DNA from: Antedon mediterranea
Lineage: Eukaryota > Animalia > Echinodermata
Assembly (NCBI RefSeq): GCF_964355755.1
Contig: NC_092676.1
Span: 24,384,871-24,448,870, forward strand
Direction of reading: 5' to 3'
Length of the DNA stretch: 64,000 nucleotides
Numbering within the stretch: the stretch's first letter is position 1; each line of letters opens with the position of its first letter. Below, piece after piece: positions 57,364 to 64,000 of the stretch. The translations under genes were made by a program, and so were the position numbers. The notes under the pieces are model-generated. The model was not told where the DNA came from. It made no database searches and worked only from the letters and a program-made list of their open reading frames with translations.

Positions 57364-59579
57364 TCACCTTCGTTGACTACCAATTTGGTCTGAAAAGAAG
57401 ACAATAATTTTTCAATTTCATATGTATTTCTGATGATACACACCAACTCTGATAGAAAGTGGGGTTGGGCGTATGTATAACAATACAGTGTGTGTGAATA
57501 TTAAGACTAAAGCTCTGTCTACACTATCAAACTTTTTATGTGACAAAAAATGTGATGTGCCTATATATGGAAATGATGATTTATTATCACTACCAATACC
57601 ATATTTGAGCGACATATCACTACCATATTTAAGCATATCACTACCATATTTAGGCACATCACACATTGTTTGTGTTTTGTTTCAAACTGATAGTGTAGAC
57701 AGAGCTTAATACTAATAGTACAATGGACAATTGACATTCAGGATTTAATAACTGTAAAGTTGATGCTATTAGTATATTATGGTAATGATTCTAAGACAAG
57801 AATAATGAAATATTTTAGTACTTCTGTACCTGTTAACCATTGAATGCCCTCATGAAGACCCTCTCCAGTCAATGCATTACTTGCACAGATGTGCCATGGT
57901 TTATCTTTAATCTTATCAAGATCCAGCATGTTTGAACATTTCACTGATGATAGTGCATCACGCATATCCATCTTGTTGGCAAAAAACAGCACTGGTAAAC
58001 AACGTGTTGAAATTTCTACAAAAAGAACAATTTGAAAGAAATTAAATAATTGAATAAGGATCAAAAACAGGGGACATCTGTCAAATAAAATAACTGGATA
58101 CATACAGTTAGATTTTTCATAGATTAACAGCTGACTCAGCTGTTGTGTATGGCCGAGCGGATAAGACAGTCGAACTGTAATTATGTACCCATAACACCGG
58201 CAAGGGTTTGAGACTCGCTCGCTCCATGATTCTGGTGGTAGAACGAGTCTTAATAAAAAGGACTATAAACTGTAGGTCCAGTGTACACATCTAGCTCATG
58301 TACACTTTACAGAACCTAGTACATCTTTCGAGGCAAGTAGGGGGTGCACTAGTACATCACAGCCACTGATCATAACTGGTTGCCCAGTATAAATAAATAA
58401 TAACAAATAATACTGTATAGGCGAATAAATACACATTTGCATGAAATTGTTAACAATGGCATTGCGAACCTGCATGTTTTAGTAGCAACTCTAGTTCCTC
58501 TTTGGCCACTACCATTCTTAATTTATCACTACTGTCTAGTACAAATATTATAGCCTGAGCATCTCTTGAAAAAAAAGAAAAGAAAATTAGTTTGAATAGA
58601 TTGAATTGGTGGTCAGAACTTAGATGAGCATCAATTTTCATGTTTTTTTTAAAAATTTTATTATGAGGGTTGATGTGGAGTTATTTACTCACTGAGGTAA
58701 TTACTCCCCACAACAAGTGAGCAATCATATATGGACAGGCTTCCTGTGTATTTGTTTTGTAACCCAAATTTAACTGTTAGTTAAGCTCTGTCTACACTAT
58801 CAAACTTTATGTGAAAACAAAATGTGATTTGCCCATAATGGACACAATGACATCATAAAACTACCATATTTGGGCAGCATCACACTTATTTTGTCAAACT
58901 AGTTTGATAGTGTAAACAGAGCTTTAGACATGTTATATCTTACTTGTAATAATGTTCCCATAGGTTCCTGTATTTGCCTTGTCCAGACATATCAAATACT
59001 GTAAAGTTGACAGATAGTGAGCGGAATTTCTCCACAGTAAAACCTATTGTAGGAACGATATCCTCAGTCTGAGCCTGTAAAAACAATAAATTATATTTTT
59101 TTTTGTATTTGTAAAACAATAACAAACATGAATCAAATACCTTATTATTGTGCCAAATATAGAAAATATAAATGTATAATAATAATAATAATAACCCAAT
59201 AATGATCTGTCTCACATTGAAACCATGTTATATTATTTTTAAGTTCTATCTACACTATCAAACTAATTTGACAAAAAAAGTGTGATGTGCCCAAATATGG
59301 TAGTGATATGCTTAAATATGGAATGATGACACCATTATCATCATGTCCATATATAGGCACATCACATTTTTTGTCACATAAAGTTTGATAGTGTAGACAG
59401 AGCTTTTAATATCATTTATTATTATTCTCAAGAAATCTATGGCTTTGAAAACTTACATCTTTTGGTTTCAGTTGATTAATTATGGTGGTTTTACCACTAT
59501 TGTCAAGACCAACACAAAGAACTTGGGCTTGCTTTTTATTTGAGCTGAACAGTTTTGAAAAGAAATCAAATAAACCCAT
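57364..59579 (-). CDS. ARL6: ADP-ribosylation factor-like GTPase 6 (BBS3), 186 aa; exons 59579-59457, 59074-58944, 58564-58470, 58015-57830, 57389-57364
   Basis: MGLFD myristoylation start, [38 protein letters not shown]; exons sum to 561 nt. Probable non-coding exon ending at 60276 (AAGAG|GTAAGT on -). Confidence 0.94.
57511..57706. mobile_element. MITE family A copy with expanded internal units
   Basis: TAA|AGCTCTGTCTACACTATCA...TGATAGTGTAGACAGAGCT|TAA; three ATCACTACCA units. Confidence 0.9.
58141..58412 (+). mobile_element. tRNA-derived SINE in ARL6 intron
   Basis: A-box TGGCCGAGCGG (58150-58160), degenerate B-box GGTTTGAGAC (58205-58214), non-tRNA body, (AAT/AAAT)n tail. Confidence 0.65.
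58784..58923. mobile_element. MITE family A copy
   Basis: TTA|AGCTCTGTCTACACTATCAAACT...AGTTTGATAGTGTAAACAGAGCT|TTA. Confidence 0.9.
59242..59404. mobile_element. MITE family A copy
   Basis: AGTTCTATCTACACTATCAAACT...AGTTTGATAGTGTAGACAGAGCT. Confidence 0.85.
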
Positions 59580-59837
59580 GATGAAAAAAAAAGAGGGACT
59601 CTGTGCAGGTTTGCAAGAAGAATTGGCTGACAGTGACACTACAGTAATCTAAAAAAAGAAAAAGAAAAAACAGTTATTAAAGTATTAATTTATATTTGTA
59701 ACAGCTGACTCCCGTGTGCTCACTTTGCTTTCTTAATTTGTTCATAGTAATTTTAACAGAAATAAAATTGATGTTTTATGATTACTTTAAAATCTTATGG
59801 ATAACACATCATCATATTATAATTAGTCATAATAGTT

Positions 59838-60218
59838 TACTAGGCATAGCCTAGCCCTAATAATAATACTGTACTTTATTTTTAGGGCCAATTATGCCAT
59901 ATCATATTATTAAAATTATTACTAGGCCTAAAGCCTAAAGGCCTAATACTAGACTAGAGAGCCTACTAGCCGCCTAGGTTATCCCTACGGATTCCCATCC
60001 CTACTATCCTACAGTAGGCCTAGACCTTAGCTAGCTAGGCTGTTTAGGTAGGCCTAGGCCTACGGCGTAGCGGGGCCTACCTACTACTACTACTAGGCTA
60101 GTAGTAGGCCTACTCCCGGCCTAGCTAGCTAGAGGCTAGCTAGGCATAGCCTCTATAGGCTAGGCTAGGGCTAGGCGTAGGCCTATATAGATAGCCTAGG
60201 CCTAGCCTCTAGGCCTAC
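59838..60218. repeat. CTAG/AGGCCT-rich low-complexity tract (ARL6 first intron)
   Basis: Dense irregular TAGGCCTA, GCTAG and TAC repeats. Confidence 0.85.
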
Positions 60219-60345
60219 CCACAGACAGGGGGTGGGGGGTGGAATATCAAACGTCAAAATAACAATAACACTTACCTCTTCACAGTATGCTGAATTTTGG
60301 CAGAAAATTAATACCAACAAAATAAATACAATTTCCTCTCTCCCA

Positions 60346-60359
60346 GCGTTCTTAGCAAC
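60346..60359. promoter_or_regulatory. RFX X-box-like motif near the probable ARL6 TSS
   Basis: GCGTTCTTAGCAAC, 70-85 bp from the first-exon donor; BBS genes are established RFX targets. Confidence 0.5.
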
Positions 60360-61994
60360 TAACTTTCGACCTTTAAAAACAAATTAAAAAACAGATCGCC
60401 CGCCCCCACGCGATATAAAAATAAAAACCACGTGGAAAAATTGAGGGCGCACGACTGAAATTTTACAGCTCTATTTTTAAAACTTTAGAAATCAAAGATT
60501 CATAATATTCAAAGAAAATATCGTAACTAAAAAACAACTAAACTAAATAATAACTGAATGAAAGCCAAGAAAAATAAAGTTGCATGAGGTTTTTAAAACC
60601 TGGGGGAGGAAGAGGAATAATTGATGACAGTCTTCTATTCAAAAAAATGATTCACAAATTATTATTTTACTATCATAGTGTTCAGTATTTAGTTTCTCTG
60701 GCATAAGAAAAAATAAAATGATATTTCAAATGATTGAAATAATTGAAATAAAATGAGGTTATATTAAATAACAACAAATAATTACAGCTTGAATGCCCAT
60801 AGCAATGTCAACAGTTAATAAAGCACAACATATACAAATTGATAAGTTGTGGAAAAAAAACAGGAACAAGGAAATAGTTCCTATAAAAATACCATACCAT
60901 GAATATTTGCATAAAAAATAGTTTTGATTTAATTGGTTATGTCTTAATTACACATATGATTAAACCTCAATTTTTAATTCGGTTCCGACAGCTCTAGAGG
61001 TACTTTCACTAGCTGTTAGTGTTGCTTTCTTCCTGTCAAACCATGACTCCTTTTTTATATATTTTTATTGACGATATACTCAGCTGCTTAAATGTGCCTT
61101 ATTCATACAATTATATATTTTTATTATTTTTCTATTCTATTTTAATAAATAAAATAAATTACCATGTTTTGGATGTCTTGTTGTTTGTGCTGTGTAACCT
61201 AACATGCACACACAAATGTCATTTTAAAGTAAAATCCCGGATTCCAAGTTAAACCTACAAAAAATAATTAAAAAAACTTTAGTTTAGTGTTCAATGTTAT
61301 AAAAATGGAGAGGTAGTAGTAGGATACCTAGTAAATTGGTACTCTTTTTATTAAACAACTGGAACACTTGAGTGATCAAAGGTTTACACAAATCAAATAT
61401 AAAAATGGTAGGCCTAATGCAACTTTGGGGAGAGAGACCTAGGCCTAGCCTACATCGACTCTCTCGGTCCCCTACCATCTTCGCTCGGCCCTGCTTTCCA
61501 AACTGCTGATGAGAGGCCTACCTGCTGAAGTGAAGATGACACCGAGCCTGCTGAGTGATGCTGTCTTGTTACAATACAAGTTTGTCAAGGATATTATTGA
61601 GGATGATACTGATAGTTATTCTATGATTGACGACATCCGTTTTCCTAATCGTGACTTCCAATTGTAAGAAAGTATTACAGTGTACATTTTGGTATATTTT
61701 TATAATGCTTTTTCACACCTCTTTCAAATTTTCCGCCTCTCATCATAAAACAACAACCACCACCAAAAAGTTACGCAACAACAACACGTCGTACGACAAA
61801 ACAAAACAAACACAGTCTATAGAGGGCAGCAAATACACGGCGGTAAAATACAAAAAGTCGTTTTTATTTTTTTTCAGTTTTAGGAGAAAAAGTTTACTAT
61901 TTAGAGGTCTCTGGGCCAGATGTTTGTTAGGTCTAAGGCGTAAGCTTTAATTTCTATGATAAAGGTAAACCTACACTATATTAGATTTTATTAG

Positions 61995-62355
61995 CTTCAA
62001 CTAGGTAGCTAGATATCCCTTGATAGAGGCTAGACCTACCAGGCCTAGCCTAGGCCTAGGCTATAGGGATATAGTAGGCCTCTAAGCTAGAATAGTAAGC
62101 TATCTACTAGAGTAGAGGGCCTAGCCTAGGCGCGGCTTAACTAACTAGGCCTAGGCCTAGTCAGACTTCATCAATCAAATGTCAAATGATCAGTCAGCTC
62201 ACTCTCTGTGTGTTCTCCCTGCTAGTTGGGCAGGCATACTACTAGAAGAGAGAGCTTGACTAGAAGACCTAGCTAGCTAGGCTAGTAGGCCTATAGTACA
62301 GTACATACAGTAGTAGTATTTACTAATTAATTTATAATAGGGTCTAGCTAGGTCC
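61995..62355. repeat. CTAG/AGGCCT-rich low-complexity tract (upstream of first SKA3-like coding exon)
   Basis: AGGCCTAGCCTAGGCCTAGGC and similar runs. Confidence 0.8.
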
Positions 62356-62548
62356 AAGTAATCCCCAAACTAGTCGAAATTCCATCAAAAAATGATTGTC
62401 ATTGATGCATATGCATGGGTCTTAAATAAATATTGAAAACAAAAATAAAAATTAGGCCTAAATTACAAAACAAGTGTCATGAGTCGAGTCAAAGAAAGAA
62501 GGTAGAGTACTGAAAAGACAAATTTGAATTCCTTTTTTCTTAGAGAAA

Positions 62549-63304
62549 ATGGAGAAAGAAAATGTGTTTAAGAAGTTGCGGCATCTTGCAGCAAAAGTTG
62601 AGAAGGAAAGCAGACACATTGAAACATGCATCAATATGCCAGCACATATGCGACCAGGAGCACGGTCAGCAGAATTGATCCTCAAAGAGCTGCAATGCAA
62701 CGTCCAGACAATGACGGTACATCATCTTCCTCTTCATTTCATGCGCACTTGTCAATTGTGTCATGACATGCATATGATAAAGTAAAATGCACTTCGGACA
62801 AATGACGCACCATGGGAGGTCGTATGGTGCGTCATACAACTGACAAAGTGCATTACAATGTTTCGCATGTTAAAAATGCAAGATCAAACCTTAATACAAG
62901 AACGCTTGGAAAGAAGAATGTTCACATATATTATCCTAAGCCTTGTCTACACTGATACCACTACTACTATCAAACTTTAAATGTGATGTGCCCATATATG
63001 GACATGGTGATGTCATATCACTACCATATTTGGGCACACCACACTTTTTGTCAAAATAGTTTGATAGTGATAGTCAGAGCTTTAGCTTGCTTTTTCTTTA
63101 ATATTATATATATTTTATTACTATTTCAGTTACAAGCTCAGAAGGATTTAAAAGAGTTACAGGAACAGACTTCTTTTAGGAATCTCCTGGAAAATGTTGA
63201 GATCATTACTAAGCTAACCGAAGAAAGAATCAATCTCTTGGAAGAAAATTTAATGAAATATGGTTACAAGAAAGCAGTAGTAGAAACCAATGTGAAAAAA
63301 CAAT
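62549..63304 (+). CDS. SKA3: SKA3-like spindle/kinetochore protein, first two coding exons 62549-62716 and 63130-63304; gene runs off the window
   Basis: MEKENVFKKLRHLAAKVEKES...ILKELQCNVQTM...LEENLMKYGYKK resembles the SKA3 N-terminal coiled-coil (F..KLR.LA...L...VQT...KYGY); splice phases consistent. Confidence 0.72.
62939..63081. mobile_element. MITE family A copy
   Basis: AGCCTTGTCTACACT...ATATCACTACCATATTTGGGC...CAGAGCT|TTA. Confidence 0.8.
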
Positions 63305-63449
63305 GTAAGTTCCACAACCACAGTCTGTTAATAATATAATATAACATCCTGGATTTATATAGTGCTTAATGTTGTGAAACCTCTAAGCGGTGAACATTAT
63401 TATCCCAGTCATTTTTTTTGGGTGGGTCAAACACGTATGGAAACATACT

Positions 63450-63620
63450 CCCATAATGCAGCTAGTAATCAGCGCAAAGTTGTGTCTTGATCTAACCAGG
63501 TTCCCAATTATACACCTGGTGGTAAGTAAAGTGTCTTAAAGGATACAAGCAATGCGGTGAGAGTTGGATTCGAACCTCGATCTCACGATCAGTAGTCGAA
63601 CATTCAACACCACATGCCCC
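63450..63620 (-). mobile_element. Degenerate tRNA-derived SINE
   Basis: Perfect B-box GGTTCGAATCC on - (63566-63576) followed by a SINE-like body; no complete cloverleaf. Confidence 0.5.
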
Positions 63621-63746
63621 TAATTACTGTCTGTTTTCTCTACCATCACAAAACGAAAGCTTGTTACTATGTCAATCAGACTACATGTTCTACTACTTCT
63701 ACCTGACCATCCAATAAGTACAAAACATTGCTAAGTTCTAGGTTGA

Positions 63747-63895
63747 AGCTCTGTCTACACTATCAAACTTTATGCCAAAACAAAATGTGATATGGACATG
63801 ATGATGTCATATAACTACTATATTTGGGCATATCACTTCCATATTTGGGCACATTACACTTTTTTGTAAAACTTGTTTGATGTGTAGTCAGAGCT
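63747..63895. mobile_element. MITE family A copy
   Basis: AGCTCTGTCTACACTATCAAACT...TTTGATGTGTAGTCAGAGCT|TTA. Confidence 0.85.
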
Positions 63896-64000
63896 TTAGG
63901 GAGGTCATGGAGATTTCTTAACTATTCACCCAACACCAAATAATGCAATGCTATTAAATTTACACATTTGTATCATTGAATAGGTCCTGTATACATTCTA

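Noticed and set aside
57418-57709. ORFs with repeated peptides ([11 protein letters not shown]..., ISLPYL) and similar ORFs at 34129 and 62983
   Set aside because: Translations of MITE family A units; the 62983 ORF only becomes real coding sequence at the 63130 exon.
58141-58230. Possible tRNA-Ser/Leu gene
   Set aside because: B-box and stems are degenerate, and the sequence continues into a SINE body and simple-repeat tail.
61284-61950. Short ORFs between ARL6 and the SKA3-like gene (possible MRPL57 by vertebrate synteny)
   Set aside because: No recognisable similarity or convincing exon structure by eye.

Overview
AT-rich, intron-containing animal genomic DNA (an invertebrate; an echinoderm is plausible but cannot be shown from this sequence). 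Bases 1-48,650 hold a head-to-tail array of ten intact alpha-tubulin genes on the + strand. The first copy lacks its ATG exon, which lies upstream of the window, so the array may be larger. Each complete copy has a first exon ending in a lone ATG. Five copies have a second intron inside codon 76 and five do not, and that split matches Ser versus Thr at residue 73 exactly. All ten C-terminal tails differ. Copy 5 is strongly divergent (K40 loop replaced) and carries a decayed tubulin fragment in its own intron; copy 7 ends in Phe instead of Tyr. Downstream are ACAT2-like thiolase (+, 8 exons), SAP18 (-, 3 exons), ARL6/BBS3 (-, 5 coding exons) and the start of a SKA3-like gene (+). Non-coding DNA holds about 15 copies of a Harbinger/Tourist-type MITE, other MITEs, a non-autonomous Helitron-like element, three Helentron/HINE-like elements, two tRNA-derived SINEs, a Penelope-like end with a hammerhead-like motif, a long intronic inverted repeat, and recurring candidate promoter, X-box, CTCF-like and TAGGCCTA motifs. 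All calls were made by eye; no database searches were run.
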